Source: Eledone cirrhosa (lineage: Eukaryota). Taken from it: a DNA stretch of 64,000 nt. The DNA lies in contig OZ024742.1 in the NCBI GenBank assembly GCA_964016885.1, forward strand, positions 162,254,001-162,318,000, written 5' to 3'. This document shows, piece by piece, positions 11,081 to 25,112 of the stretch. The notes under the pieces are model-generated. The model was not told the DNA's origin, made no database searches, and worked only from the letters and a program-made list of their open reading frames with translations. Every line of letters begins with the position of its first letter. The stretch's first letter is position 1. The translations under genes were made by a program, and so were the position numbers.

Positions 11081-11790
11081 CAAATAATAATAATAACAAT
11101 AATTCTTTCTAATATTGGGACATGTCCAACAATAGCGGGTGGAGGTGGGGGGGAGAAAGTAGTTTATATCGACACCAGTACTTAACTGGTACAGGGTAGA
11201 GAAGAACCTTAAGTTCTGTCTCTCAATTTCTCTAGTGTTTGTGGCCCAATAAAATGTACCCAGATCATACTGTAAAGTGGTTGGTGATAGAAAAAGCACC
11301 CAGCCAGAAAAACCCTGCCAAAAATTACTATCATCATCATCATGTCCATCCCATGTAAACATGGAAAAAATGTTTTTACCATGACCCTACTATTCAATGA
11401 TGGTAGAGTCAAATGATCCAATCATAGTTCTTATGAAAGAATGAAAGGTTTGAACTGGTGACATAATGGAATATAACTAAATACTGCTATAAAAGACAGA
11501 CAGCTTTAGAAATTTCTATTTCCTCACTTACTTGCTGTATAAATGTGAGATACAGCCATTTTGCAATAAATCAATTTTGGCAACCTGTATTATTAACGGC
11601 CATTCTAAAGGTGTTTCATGAGTATATCTGTGTATTTGTGTATGTGTGTATGTGTTTGTGTGTGTATGTGTGTGTGTGTGTGCGCGTGTGTGTATGTGTG
11701 TCTGCTGGAGTACATGCATTAATCTTATTCATATGTATATATATACATACAAACATACATACATACAAGCATACATACATGCATACATAC

Positions 11791-12012
11791 ATGGTGGCTG
11801 CCAACTCGTTTTCGAGTACGGCCACTACTTTATATCCATGTAGGAGAACCCCCTACTGATACGCTGAACGAGTGTGACTTTTTAGTCCAGCCAGCGACTT
11901 GAAAACTCTGGTACAAACACTACACTTGTGACAATTATTGACACATAGTGCTGGGCTCTTGGTACCATGTGACGACAAGTGCAGAGAGATCTCCAGATAT
12001 AAAGCAATGCCT
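11791..12012 (-). mobile_element. 3' fragment of the non-autonomous RTE-like element (zinc-finger end)
   Basis: Translates CSVCTRVFKSLAGLKSHTRS; inverted copy of 8625-8845. Confidence 0.8.
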
Positions 12013-12059
12013 ACATACATACATACATATATACATACATTCATACATACATAAGCCCC

Positions 12060-12300
12060 TTTAACTCATGAATGACCATGGTTTTGCACCTGGAAAGTTC
12101 CCATGCATGCCAGTCTCCCCATTCCATGCTACTGATGATGTCCAAGGCAATGGCTGGTATAGCTTGGCACCAGTGATGATACCACTCATTTCTACAGCTG
12201 AACTGGAGCAATGGGAAATAAAGTGTTTTGCTCAAAAACACAACGTACCACCCATTCTGGGATTTGAACTCAATGCTCTAAAAACAAAGCCATGTGCCTT
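12060..12300 (-). mobile_element. SINE family B-related copy (degenerate)
   Basis: ctggagcaatg.gaaat.aagtgttttgctcaa and gatttgaactc on the minus strand match 28190-28225. Confidence 0.6.
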
Positions 12301-12567
12301 CACATATAAACATACATGCATACATACATAATAGATACATACATAATACATAATACATATATATATATATAACCCTTGCTAGCAGGGAAAACAGGCACTA
12401 GATGATGATGATAACAATGATGATGATGATGATGATGATGATATATAAGGAAGAAATGTAAAAATTGATTCAAGTTTTGGATGTTATTGAAAGGAAACGG
12501 AATAACTTATTCAAAGAACGAAAGAAAGGGAATAGAAAAAAGAAAAGGAAAAAAAGTAGAGAATGTT

Positions 12568-12684
12568 GTAATAATAATAATAATAATAATAAGAAGAAGA
12601 ACAACAACAAGGAGAAGAAGAAGAAGAAGAAGAAGAAGAAGAAGAAGAAGAAGAAGAAGAAGAAGAAGAAGAAGAAGAAGAAGA
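12568..12684. repeat. (TAA)n/(GAA)n microsatellite
   Basis: Direct reading. Confidence 0.97.
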
Positions 12685-12974
12685 GGGAATGAGGATGGGG
12701 GAATGAGGATGGAGGAATGGAAAGAAATTGAGTAACTGATAGATACCATTCTTCAACAACAGACATGCCAATAAACTACATTTCTTGCAGATATTTTTAG
12801 ACTCATCTCAACATATCAAAGAAATATCGGAGCACCTCACCCCCTTCACATAATTTTTTCTTCCTTCTCAATTATACGATTTACATGTAAACCCCTCCAC
12901 ACACTTTCTCCTTCCTCTAGAGCACTTGTGGCAAATAAATGTAATCATCATCATCATTATTTTTTGTTATTGAT

Positions 12975-13620
12975 TGGCAGCATCAGTAGAAGATCGGATG
13001 ACATGTTTTGCTGTGTAGAGTTACGGCCCTTTATGATCTGGATTCGAATCCTGCCAAAGTTAACTTTGCCTTTCATCCTTCCGGGATCAATAAAATAAAG
13101 TACCACTAATGCACTGGGATAATTGCTGGCCTTGTGCTAAATATAGAAACAATTATTATTATTATTATTATTATTATTATTGGGTGGTGGATTAGTGGTA
13201 TTTTTAGAACATCAAATATGCTTTGCTGCATATAGTTATGGTCCTTTACGTTCTGAGTTCAAATCACGCCAAGGTTAGCTTTGTTTTTCATCCTGATGGA
13301 GTCGATAAATAAAGCATCAGTAATGCACTGGGGTCGATTTAACCGTTTAATCCATGCTAGGTTGGAAAGAGGATGTTAAATGATGATGATGATGATTATT
13401 AGGAGGGCAGTGGATTGTCAGTATCGGTAAAGCATCGAGTAGCATGCTTTGTGGCATAGAGTTACAACCCTTTATGTTCTGTGTTCAAATCCTGCCAAGA
13501 TTAGCCTTGCTTTTCACCTTTATGGGATCGATAAAATAAAGAACCAGTAATGCACTGGGGTCAATTTCATCGACTTCCCTCACCCCAAATTATTGGCCTT
13601 GTGCCTAAACCAGAAATTAT
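12975..13620 (+). mobile_element. Three tandem SINE family A copies (~12975-13155, 13182-13345, 13405-13620)
   Basis: Each has an A-box-like ggcag.atc.gtaga, a B box (g/a)ttc(a/g)aatc and the central gcctttcatcc...gataaaat block. Confidence 0.85.
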
Positions 13621-14844
13621 TATAATTATTTTGTTTGTTTGTCTACACATGTTACTGATCACTCTTGTAAGTTTCTTGTTACTACCATTGTTATATATTT
13701 TATTAACATTTGTTATTGTTTTATGGTTAAATTAATCAAGATCGTTGTATGCTGGTTGTTTTTTCTCTGCCTGTAACTCTTAGAGCTAAACTTGTGTTTA
13801 TTTTTCAAATACGCCCGTCAATTTTTAGAAGAAAAAAAAGGATACAACGAATTTTCGTTCTCAAAAGAGAACAGCTGAAATTCAATCAGTTCAGAAAGCA
13901 GTGGCAACAACAGCAGTTGCTAGGTGACTATCATGTGGTTGAGCCAAAACAAAAAAAAAAAATGATTGCCACTATCTCATTTGACTCAAAATAGAGGCAT
14001 CATGGTAAATTTCTGTCGGAAATGTTGAATGCTAAATGTGATGCAAATACACCATAGTTTCATACAACAAAAAATTCACCAAAACATGATTTCACTCCAA
14101 GATGAAAGCTATCTAAGGCAGAAGTTCCATTCATTTTGGGTTCTCTGGCAGCATTTTACTGCTATTTCATTTGATATTATTGCTTATTATTTTGATTCTA
14201 TAATGTTTCTATTAGGGGATTAGTTTCATGTCCCTGACAGAGCAGTGGGTTCTTGAGTAAGAGACTTCATTTCATGTTGCGTTTCATAGACTAGGGCTGG
14301 GCCCCTAACAATAAAACACACAAGATACCTCCCATGAGATTCAATCTTGAAGGAGACCAGCTATGCCTGCATACCTGCCCTAAATTTTTTTTCATTTTTC
14401 AATGTTTTTGCCTTACTGTGGAGAACCTAATTTTAAACAACATTCTACTCTTTGTATCAATTTCAGATTAAAACAAAAACAAGCTTTATTACAAATAGTT
14501 TGCAACAGACAAATAGTTTGTCTACTTCTACAACAGTCTCCGCTCTTCCGATCTGCTGGTCTTGTGTCACATTCACTCTGGCACTCTCTACTCACACATC
14601 TCTCCTCCAATTACCTATGTTGTGTCTAACCCTTCTCTCCCACCCCACCCTACCAGGACTCACACTAACTCCTACACTCAGTTCTTCTTCTTTGGAATGT
14701 TAGGTTGCTGGAATGCCCTCAATTTTATTTTTCATTTCTCCAAGGTTGATAAACTAATGTACCAGAAATGTACTGAGGTCAATATAATGAATTACCTCTT
14801 CAATTTCTGGCCTTGTTAATAAATTAGAAGCCATAATAATAATA

Positions 14845-15185
14845 ATTGTTTCTGTTTTTGGCACAAGGCCAGCAATTTGAAAGGAAGGGGAAAGTCAATT
14901 GAATTGACCACAGTGTATTACTGGTACTTTATTTAATCAACTCTGTAGAGATGAAAGGTAAAGCTAACCTCAGTAGGATTTGAACTCGTAATGTAATGAG
15001 TTCAAGTAATAATAATAAGGGTGGTGGTTTGGAAGAATTAATAGAGTGTCACACAAACTACTTTTCAGCATTTGTTCTGGCACTTTATGTTCTGAGTTCA
15101 AATCCTCCTGAGGTCAGCTTTGCCTTTCATCATTGTAGGGTAAAATAAAGTACCAGTGAAGTACTGGGGTCGTATAATTGACTGG
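14845..15185. mobile_element. Divergent pair of SINE family A copies (minus 14845-15000, plus 15019-15185)
   Basis: Same diagnostic blocks in opposite orientations. Confidence 0.75.
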
Positions 15186-15689
15186 TGGCCGTCAATGCAC
15201 TGGGGCATGACAGGTGGATTTCTTCAGGTGTCTGGAAGCCTTTCTTGGAATGTCTCACCTTTTACTGTTAGCATAATGGGAGCAAGAATAATAAAGAGTG
15301 GAAGTAAGCAAAGTGTGCCTTTCATTATTTCAGGGTTGATAAAATAAAGTACCTGTTAAATTGCTGACCTTGTGCATAAATTAAAAACCACTATATAATA
15401 CCTGGCACCAGGATATATATCACATGAGGGGAAATATTTTAAAATGCTGCCCATTAATTAACATAGTTTGAAAACAATATTAGTTAAAAAATGTTTTGTC
15501 ATCAACCAGGCCTTATGTCTGTTCAGCCAACCATATCCATACCACTTACATTTCTTCTACATCATATAACACAGTTACATGACCAGATAATGGTGATGAT
15601 GGAGCCTATATATGGTAACTTGATATGCTATAAATAGATGCCAAATCGCCATCAGACCACATTTTACCCTGGGTTGTATTAACTCATCA

Positions 15690-16095
15690 CCAGGCCCCTA
15701 GGTATTTCAGGCTTCTTCTAATATTTCAGTCTTTCACTCTACTGTAGCTGACAGCCAGGGACAAATTAATTCATTGCCAGATCCCTAAATATTTCAGGCT
15801 TTCTCTAATATTTCAGTCTTTCACCCTACTTCAGCTGACAGCCAGGGACATATTAACCCTTGGCCCCTAGATATTTAAGGCTTCCTCTGATATTTCAGTC
15901 TTTCCCCCTATTGTAGCTGACAGCCAGGGACATATTAACCCATTGCCAGGCCCCTAGGTATTTCAGGCTTCCTCTAACATTTCAGTCTTTTACCCTACTG
16001 TAGCAGACAGTCAAGGTCATATTAACCACTAGCCCCTAGATATTTCAGGTATTTCAGGCACTAAATGGCACTTCAGTCTTTCACACCACTACAGG
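15690..16095. repeat. ~85-90 bp minisatellite, ~4.5 copies
   Basis: Recurring gcccctag(g/a)tatttcaggcttc...atttcagtctttc...tagctgacagccagggac. Confidence 0.9.
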
Positions 16096-16726
16096 TTTCA
16101 GCCCTGGTCTTACCATCTTGTTCAATTGGAATATGTACCTTTGATCATAGCTTTGTTGATCAGAGTTGACCTGGGGTTAAAAACAACAATGATAGTTACA
16201 ACAACACAAGCAGCAACAACATCAACAACCACAAAACGAGCAACAACAACATAAGTTACAGCAACCACAGTATAAGTTGTGGTGGTGGTGGTGGTGGTGG
16301 TGATGGTGGTGGTGGCAGTGGTGATGGTAGTAGTAGTGGTGGCGGCGGCAGCGGTGGTGGTGTGTGGTATTGTTGTTTATGTGCTTTAACACTGTTTAAT
16401 AAGTGAGTTTGTGTTATTATTTATTGAAGGTAATTTATAGCTGTTCTCGTTAGTGTCGTTAGTTGCAGCGTAACTAGTATTTAATAGTAGACTCAGAAGA
16501 ATAACTTCTAATTTTCATGTTAAATTTCGATAAAAGTTTGAGCTTGGCTTGTCTCACTTGGAGATCCAGCTGGATCAGTTGGAAACAGTTGCTTCTGACA
16601 GGATCCACTGGAAGGAGTGTTTGAGGACTCTGCCCCCACAACCCGCTCAGGAATAAATGGGTGAAAAAGAAGAAGAATTTCGTCTCTTGTAGGATTTGGG
16701 CTTAAACACTGGTTTCGATAAAATAA

Positions 16727-17028
16727 GTACTCTCAGGTCTCGAATAATCGTCCACCCACCCCCGCTTATTAATTTTTCAGATTTTTTCCAACTAACCCAC
16801 TTATTAAATTTGCTAATCTCTCTCCAGTGAAATTTTATTTTAAGTGGTAGCATTCCTGCGATAATTAATTTTCTTTACACAGCTTTTACCTGACAAAAAA
16901 AAAAGAACAATACAAGAAATCCCATATGTTATAAAATAAATAGGATGGGTTGGGGTCTCAATATGTAAACTAAACGACTAATTCTGAGTTTTAAAAAAAT
17001 TAATGGAGGCAACCTAGAAAAATTAACA
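16727..17028 (+). mobile_element. MITE copy (one end), same family as 18016-18401
   Basis: Starts tactctcaggtc; internal ggatgggttggggtctcaatatgtaaactaaac is shared with the other copies. Confidence 0.7.
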
Positions 17029-17651
17029 ATTGGACCAGGGAAACAATGTTTCCATTGCATGTCAGTCACAACTCCTAGCAGAGGAAAGGAGCTAATCAAC
17101 AGAAACAATGTTTCCATTGCTCTTTCCATTGCTGATACTATCTGCAGAAGACGCAGTGTGAAATAAATTATCTTGCTCAAGAACACACACAACACCCAAT
17201 TCAGGAATTGAAACTATGACCTTACAGTCACAAGTCAAACACTCTAACCCCAATGTCATGTGTCTTCACTATGAAAATAAATCAATAATAGTGAGATATG
17301 TGATAATCGATTTATTCAAATACAGTTGGAGTCTGTATCGGTAGTTTTCTCTGTATTTAGAATGGTTCTACAGGAATAGCGAGATTTTTATTTACTCAGA
17401 GTGACTTCTTCACTAATTTAGATGAGAAAATTATTTGTATCTTTAATGTGATTCATGTGAATCTTACAGATTATAGGAGGATTTATATTCAAATGTTCAT
17501 GAAAGAAATTACATATGGAATTATAGTTAACGGTATATCTACAATACATTAAGTGATGCAATAAAAACACACTATTGCAGAACTGGCTTTCAGTTTTATG
17601 GAATATGAAAGAAATATATACAGTGACTTCTAGATGGAAATATTCTGAAAT

Positions 17652-17860
17652 AATTGTTTCTACATTTGGTACAAGGCCAGCAATTTGAAGGGAAGGAGAA
17701 GGTCAATTAAATCGATGCATTACTGGTACTTTATTTTACCAACCCTGTAAGGATGAAAGATAAAGTTAACCTCGGTGGGATTTGGACTCCAAATGTAAAT
17801 GGAGGTAACTATATGCCACAAAGCATGCTAACCACCACTCTACCAAGACTGCCAATCTAC
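17652..17860 (-). mobile_element. SINE family A
   Basis: Diagnostic central block on the minus strand. Confidence 0.75.
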
Positions 17861-18015
17861 ATTTCTTATTCTGTAAGTAATTATAACCTGCCCCATTCAG
17901 AGATATCTTAGATAATGGTTTGATTGGTTGTGACATATTTCAATGGCAATCTTTCTGTATAAAATGTACCGATGGTCATTAAAATATGGTTAATAACTGA
18001 CCATAGCTGACTGCT

Positions 18016-18401
18016 TACTCTCGGGTCCCAAATTGTAGGGAGTGTTGGAATAAGTGGGGCTTTGGAAAATCAGTAATTTTTCTAGGTTGTCTCCGTTGAT
18101 TTTTTTTAAAAGAACCAAAATGAGTTGTTTAGTTTACATATTGAGACCCCCAACCCATCTTATTTATTTTATAATGTATGGTATTTTTAGTAATGTACAT
18201 GTATAATGTTTTTTAATGTATAAAGAAAATTAATTATTGCAGGATTGCTACAACTTAAACTAAAATTTCACCGGAGATAGATTAGCAAACTTTAATAAGC
18301 GAGTCGGGGGGGGGGGGGGGGAATAAGAGTGAGGTGTTGGAAAAAATCTGAAAAATTGATAAGCAGAGTGGAGGTGGGTATTTATTCAAGACCTGAGAGT
18401 A
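18016..18401 (-). mobile_element. TA-flanked MITE (Tc1/mariner-pogo-type ends), complete copy
   Basis: Terminal inverted repeats ta|ctctcgggtc ... gacctgagag|ta. Further pieces lie at 16727, 27790-27844, 28027-29339 and 51975-52070. Confidence 0.75.
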
Positions 18402-19204
18402 CAATAAGAGTTGGGAACATTTTTATACTGGAAGGCCCATTTTGAAATTAATTGATATCTAATGAGATCACATTAACCTTTAACACGCTCTAGGCGACAT
18501 AAGGCGCCAATAGAGTAATCTCCCCTTAATACATAATGTAGTGTCAAGTGAAGCAATTCATAAAAACTTATCGTGTGCTAAAGATTAAAAAAATATTGTC
18601 TCACTAAAGCTCAGTTATTTTATAAAATATAATTACAAATTATAAAAGCCTTCATCACATCAATTCTCCAACACCACATGCCTATCATCTCCACATCATA
18701 TCACCACATTAATATCAAATATCAGCTTTTATGTTTTAACTGAATGATTAGAAGAAGCCCTACTGAAGTGATGAAGTTTAGTCTTGATCACATATAGATG
18801 AGACAAGCAAGAGTTAACTCCTCTTTGTTCCTGCCTACAAAATATGTTAAACACATTATTGCAAACGAAAGGAACATCCATTAATTTCTACACAGAGTGG
18901 TAAACTGTATTAAACAGTGATTACACTATTAGTCTATTATGTGTTCCAGCTGAGGGGCTGGAGCACCGCCATTGCAGACCTGTCAACTCTCCCCATCAGA
19001 CAGGGAGATCTCCCACCCACTGTGGGGTCAGTGAGATAGGTCTCCTCTTGTGAAAATGGGTATAGCTTTCATTCTGTAAAATCTCCCTATTTTGCCTTAT
19101 TTTCCCCCGTTTTGGAGCACTTTCTTCATGGTATTCCCTGTTTGGGTTTTTAGAGGTTGGCAGGTTTTAGTCATTGTGATATCTATTTACAGATTGTGGC
19201 AGGG

Positions 19205-19355
19205 TGGAAGTTAATATTAAACACCTGTAGCTTTAGAATTTTTCAGGTGAGGGTTAACATTAAACACCTGGGACTTTAGGATTTTTCAGGTGAGGGTTAA
19301 TGATAAACACCTGTGATATTAGAATTTATTTGTCAGGTGAAGGTTAACATTAAAC
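19205..19355. repeat. ~43-48 bp tandem repeat, 3 copies
   Basis: aaacacctg...ttag.atttttcaggtgagggttaa. Confidence 0.8.
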
Positions 19356-20740
19356 AACTTTGACTTTACAGCTGTTTGTTCTAAAGTGTTTACTAAAACT
19401 CTGTGATTGTGTACTTGTCTGTAATTTAATACAGCCAAAACGGCGCATAATGGGAAAATACTTTGAAAGTAAGTTGCCCCTGAAATGGGAATACAAATAG
19501 AATAAATCAAGTTTTGCGTAAATTGGAGCACGGGTTCCCGAGATATGGGGTTTTTCCGGGTACCTTCATAAATAGAGAGAAAGAAAGATAGAGAAAGAGA
19601 TAGTGGTTGTGAGAGAGTAGATTGAGAGTGTAGCGAACATTTCCTGCTAAATAGGAAGGGTTCCTAAGTGTGTGTGTGTGTGTCTGTGACCAGTGAATAC
19701 AGGTCACAGACACCCATATATATATGTATAGACATGTACACACACACATACACGCACACACACATACATATATATATATGGGCCTTCCAATTTCATTTTA
19801 CATTATATACATGTTTGAGTATATTTCAATTATTTAAAAATTATTTTTAAGTGAACATGATCTTAAAGTGAACGTGACCCAATGGGTCACAGGTGGTCTA
19901 GTATTTATCTAAAAACCTTCCATTATAATTTTATGTAGGAACCTTTGTTAAGTTATGTTCCAAACCATAACTTAATAATTAGAAAGTAACTTATATTACT
20001 AAATCTCTAAATTCTTGATTATTTTCAGTAATATTTAAAACTTATAGGGGTCAATGTCTTTCATTAGAAATATAGTAATAAAAGTTATTTTGGAATCTGT
20101 GTTGAAACAAAAGAAATTCCTAATGAAGAATGTCTGAAATGCTCCACATAAAAACCAATTTAACAGTTAAGATGATAACAATAGCATTGTTTGTTGAAAC
20201 AAATAGTTATGATTGCAATGATAGCTGTATAGCAGTAGACCAATTCCTGTGGCATTGATAAAAAGATATTTGCAGAGTAAATGGTAAAACTTTATAACAA
20301 TGTTTGTTGAAATGAAGACATGACTTTTATTAGTTCTGACAAAACAAATAAACTATTTGATTAGATGTTAACATAGGGGTAATCATATTTCTAACAATAC
20401 TTTCAATATTAGCGGCATTATTTTCTCATTTTACAGACAACAAAACTTCTGTAATTATCTCATGTTTGGTATATGAAACAGATCAGATAGAAGACACTAC
20501 ACACTAACAATTTTGATATATGCTGATATTCAAATTTATTTTACCATATAATCTTTTTATAGAATTATGTTATGTCCTCCTCATTCATCTCCTTGAGGCA
20601 AATTGAAGAAATTATTATTATTATCATCATCATCGCCGAGGTTAACTTTGCCTTTCATCCTTACGGGGGCAATAAAATAAAGTACCAGTAATGTACTGAT
20701 AATTGCTGGCCTTGTGCCTAGAGTAGAAACAATTATTGTT

Positions 20741-21348
20741 ATATATATATTTTTTTCCTCTATTTTCGAACGTGACAAAACTTATCTCTTGAGGTCATTG
20801 GTTGTGACTTGGTGATAACTTATATGAATATAAAGCAAAATAACATGATAATGAAAATAATAATTGTTTCTACTTCAAGCACAAGGCCAACAATTTGGAG
20901 GGGAAGAGAAAATTGATCAAATCGACCCCAGTACTTACTGGTACTTTATTTTATCGACCCTGTAAGGATGAAAGGAAAAGTTAACCTCAGTGGGATTTGA
21001 TAATAATAAGGGCGGTGGATTGGCAGTATCAGTAGAGAGTCGGATACCATGCTTTGCAGTATAGAGTTATGGCCCTTTACTTTCTGAGTTCAAATCCCAC
21101 TGAGGTTAGCTTTTCCTTTCATCCTTACAGGGTTGATAAAATAAAGTACCAGTAAGTACTGGGGTCGATTTGATCAATTTTCTCTTCCCCTTCAAATTGT
21201 TGGCCTTGTGCTTGAAGTAGAAACAATTGTTATTTTTATTATCATGTTATTTTGCTTTATATTCATATAAGTTATCACCAAGTCACAACCAATGACCTCA
21301 AGAGACAAATTTTGTCACGTTCGAAAATAGAAGAAAAAAATATATATA
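20741..21348. repeat. ~260-bp inverted duplication (20741-21000 / 21091-21348) made of a SINE-A body plus ~120 bp of flank
   Basis: Arms are reverse complements with few mismatches. The spacer holds the head of the SINE-A copy at 21009-21232. Confidence 0.92.
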
Positions 21349-21451
21349 TACATATATTTAGATATTTACAATTGTGAAATGAACTTATAACAACAACATT
21401 TTCCTTAGTATATGGACAGTTCCATTAGTATTATCTTTTGTATTTCTTCTA

Positions 21452-23884
21452 TTGATTCTAGGCCATGCTTCCATGTTTGGAATTTCTTCTCTAGTTCGGC
21501 CATTAAACTCCACTGTTATAGCCTGAAGGGTGATAATAAATAGTAGGGGGCTAAGAACGGAGCCCTGATGAACACCAACTTTTACGCTAAACTCTTCACT
21601 ATATTCGTTGTTAATTCTAACCTTGCTGACTGTTTCTTTATACATAGCTTGTATAGCTCTCACAAGCCATTCATCAACACCTAGTTTTCTAAGAGCCCAC
21701 CAGATAATGGAACGGGGGACTCTGTCGAAGGCTTTCTCCAAGTCGACAAAAGCTAAGTATAGGGGTTTACTTTTAGCTAGGTACTTCTCCTGTAGTTGTC
21801 ATAATACAAAAGAGCGTCTGTGGTACTTTTGCCTGACACAAACCCGAACTGCATTTCATCTAGATCAATTCTCTCTCTGATTAGTTGCGCTATTACTTTT
21901 TCTGTGACCTTCATGACCTGGTCGATTAATTTAATGCCTCTATAGTTACTCCTATATAGGGCATCTCCTTTACCCTTGTAGCAGTTAATGATGATGCTGC
22001 TACGCCAGTCCTTCAGAACAACCCCATTCTGTATGACTTGGTTTACTATCGGGGTGACCATGGTGTGTCTCACCATTCCAGAAGCTTTCAGCATTTCAGC
22101 AACTATTTCCGAAGGCCCAGCCACCTTACCCGTCTTCATATCTTTGATTGCCTTACTTATTATACTACCTTCGACTAACACTGCTGGTCCCTCTATTGGG
22201 TCGATGTGGGGAAGACTGTCTTTCTCCCATTTATTCTCCTCATTTAGTAGCCTTTCGTAGTGACACTTCCAAGCTACCTTCTTATCAGCGTCAGTGATGG
22301 CAAGTACACCATCATCATTAAGGACACACTTCTCCCCGACAATATCACGGTTTTCCTTGACACATTGCCTAGCAATCCTGAACACCTCGCGTTTTTGGTC
22401 GTCGCGTTGTAGAACATGCTTGAACTTTCTTTCCTCTGCTTCCCTTCTTGCGAAGTACACTTGTCTCCTAGCTTCCCTCCTGGCCACTTGATAGTCTTCT
22501 CTACTTCCCCCATCCCGCCATACTTTCCAAGCCTGCTTTTTGGCCTTGATTGACCTCTCCACCTTACTGTTCCACCACCAAGTTACTCTCCTCCTGTCTA
22601 TAGGCCTGCTCCACCCACAGGTTTCATCTGTCGCCTTCAGCAGGTTAGCTTTCAGGAATTCCAAATTATGAGTCTATGTTGAGAGGTGCATTCTTCATGG
22701 GGGAGGGATTTAGTGTTTACAACAGACACTCTGTCACGTCTCCTGGTAAGGATATAATCTACCTGGCTTGTGTGTTCCCCCGATCTATAGGTGATCAAGT
22801 GATTGTCTCGTTTTTTGAAGTTAGTGTTACAGATAGTTAGGTTATTTGCGTCACAGAATTCCAGGATTCTGGAGCCTTCCTCATTTCTAGTACCAAACCC
22901 ATAGCCTCCATGGATTCCGTCATAGCCGTCACAATGTTGTCCAACGTGACCATTTAGGTCACCAGCAATAATTATATAGTCACTGTCGGTTATTAGCTTA
23001 TCTGCCCACTTCGCTGCTACCATGATTTCTACTCCACCCAGCCCATTGTCATTTCCCACCCAGAAAAGCTTATAGCATCGTTCTTTACCCACGATGAATC
23101 TAGCAGGCCCACCCCTCCACCTGGTCTCTTGAATACAACAAACATCGACCTCCTTACGTTCAAGCATTTCTACAACCTCGTTAGAGCGACCCTTTAAGGT
23201 GCCTACGTTCATGGTACCAACTCTGAAGTTTGGGATTGCGTTTGTAGGGTGGGAGCGGTGGGGCGCAGGGGAGGGGGGGGGGGGGGGGGGGAGATGGGGT
23301 TATGTTAGCCATCCGCGGCCGAAACAAAGAGGAGGATTCCTTGCATTCTCGTCCATGAGGTGAATTTGTCTTTATCTTTGGCATTGTCACTGAGTGTCCA
23401 GATTTTTTTTCTTTTCAAACTCTCCAGAATTCCGTAGTCCATCCATCATATCGAAAGGCAACCAGGTAAGCGATAGCATAGGCCGCTGACTTATGATTGG
23501 CCCACGTAATAATGGTGATGCGTGAGGGAGGGATATTGGGTAGTTAGCGAGAAGGTTAAGGTTTAAATAAGATCCCCGTATTTTGGGCATAATTTAACAA
23601 GCATAAAACAATAATACAAGATTTGTTTTGAAAAATACGCTAGAATTATCGAATGGAAAAGCAAAGATTGGATTCGGGGAGAAATGATACAGATTGATGA
23701 ATGGACTAGCGAATTAAAATGGTGAGAAGAGTGCAGAAATATTTGTACGTTACATTACACCGTGATAGCAGCCTAGCCTGTCTAGGGTTGGCGATTTTTG
23801 AGGTTCGTATTTGCAGGATTTATTTTATATTTGGAGAGAGAGGAAGGGATTGGTGGCGAACCAGCATGATATAGAGGGGGGTGG
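21452..23884 (-). mobile_element. RTE-clade LINE: 5' UTR, endonuclease and RT up to the WKHGLES region, with internal deletions
   Basis: ORFs give NVGTLKGR..DVCCIQETRW, AGDLNGHVG, QVDYIL, NYRGIKL, QFGF, LEKAFDRV and GVHQGSVLSPLLF. Confidence 0.95.
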
Positions 23885-23898
23885 TATATATATATATT

Positions 23899-25112
23899 TG
23901 AAAATAGGGCACCGGTCCCATCCGGGAAATGGCCATTCTCAGTGTGTAGGAAAGGAGTAGGCAGAAATTCCATTTTATGTCCCAAATGCAAAGTATGGGT
24001 GCATAAAAGATGTAGTGGGATCACAGGTAAGCTAACTAAGAATATAGATTTTATATGTGGCCGGTGCTCTGGTGCAATAAGTAGCAGCAAGTGCCCACAG
24101 AATACTAGCTCATTCCATTGCACAGAAGGTTCTATAAAAATAGTGGACACCTTCCGTTACTTGGGTGACAAAATCAGCAGTGGGGGAGGGTGCTCTGAAA
24201 GTACAGTAGCTAGAGTCAGAACTGGATGGAAAAAGTTCAGAGAGCTTATACCACTATTAGCCGCTAAAGGGTTCTCTCTAAAAATGAAAGGCAGGTTGTA
24301 TGATGCCTGCATACGAACAGCAATGTTACATGGCAGTGAGACCTGGGTATTGTGTGCAGAGGATATACGCAGACTGGAGAGAAACGAAGCTTGCATGCTC
24401 CGCTGGATGTGTAATAGTAATATACGTGAACGGCAAAGCATAAACGAACTAAGGGAAAAATTAGAAATAAGAGGAATCAGATGTTGTTTACTTGAGAGAA
24501 GACTACGTTGGTACGGTCACGTGATGCGCATGAAAGACGACAGCTGTATAAAAAAGTGCAGGGCAATAAAAATAGACGGTAGCCACGGAGTAAGCAGACC
24601 CAGAAAAACCTGGGACGACTTAATAAATTCCGACCTCACACACTTACACCTCTCCAAGACAATGTCACTGGACCGAGACCTTTGGCGGTACACAGTAATA
24701 CAGAAGGCCCGCCTTACCTAAGTACAAAGTGAACCCTACTACAGTCAGTAGGCACCTCTAACAAAAATATACCCCCGTCCCACTACCCCCACCCCATCCA
24801 CACCACCCCTTTCAATGTAAAGTTATGTTGGTACCACAACATCCAGTCCGAAATAAATGAGGTCGTGTAGGTGTCACGACAAAAAAACACACAGTCCACG
24901 CTGTAATGTGGCCGTGTAGGTAACACGGTAAAAACCTCCCAGCCTACACTGTAAACGTGGTTGGTGTTAGGAAGGGCATCCAGCCGTAGAAAACCCGCCA
25001 GACAGTCCTATACGAGCAAGACAACCAATCTTGCCTCAAGTGGGAAAACACCCGTCTAAACCCATGCAAGCGTGGAATATGGACGTTAAACGATGATGAT
25101 GATGATGATGAT
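23899..25112 (+). mobile_element. RTE-clade LINE 3' fragment (PHD-like insert, RT thumb, 3' UTR, (GAT)n tail), fused head-to-head to the preceding element
   Basis: ORF 23942-24721 gives FRYLG, KGRLYDAC..MLHGSETW, RLRWYGHVMR and RPRKTW; ends ttaaacgatgatgatg. Confidence 0.95.

Noticed and set aside
11853-12044. Host C2H2 zinc-finger gene exon
   Set aside because: A single finger inside a three-copy repeat that ends in a simple-repeat tail, typical of a LINE ORF C-terminus.
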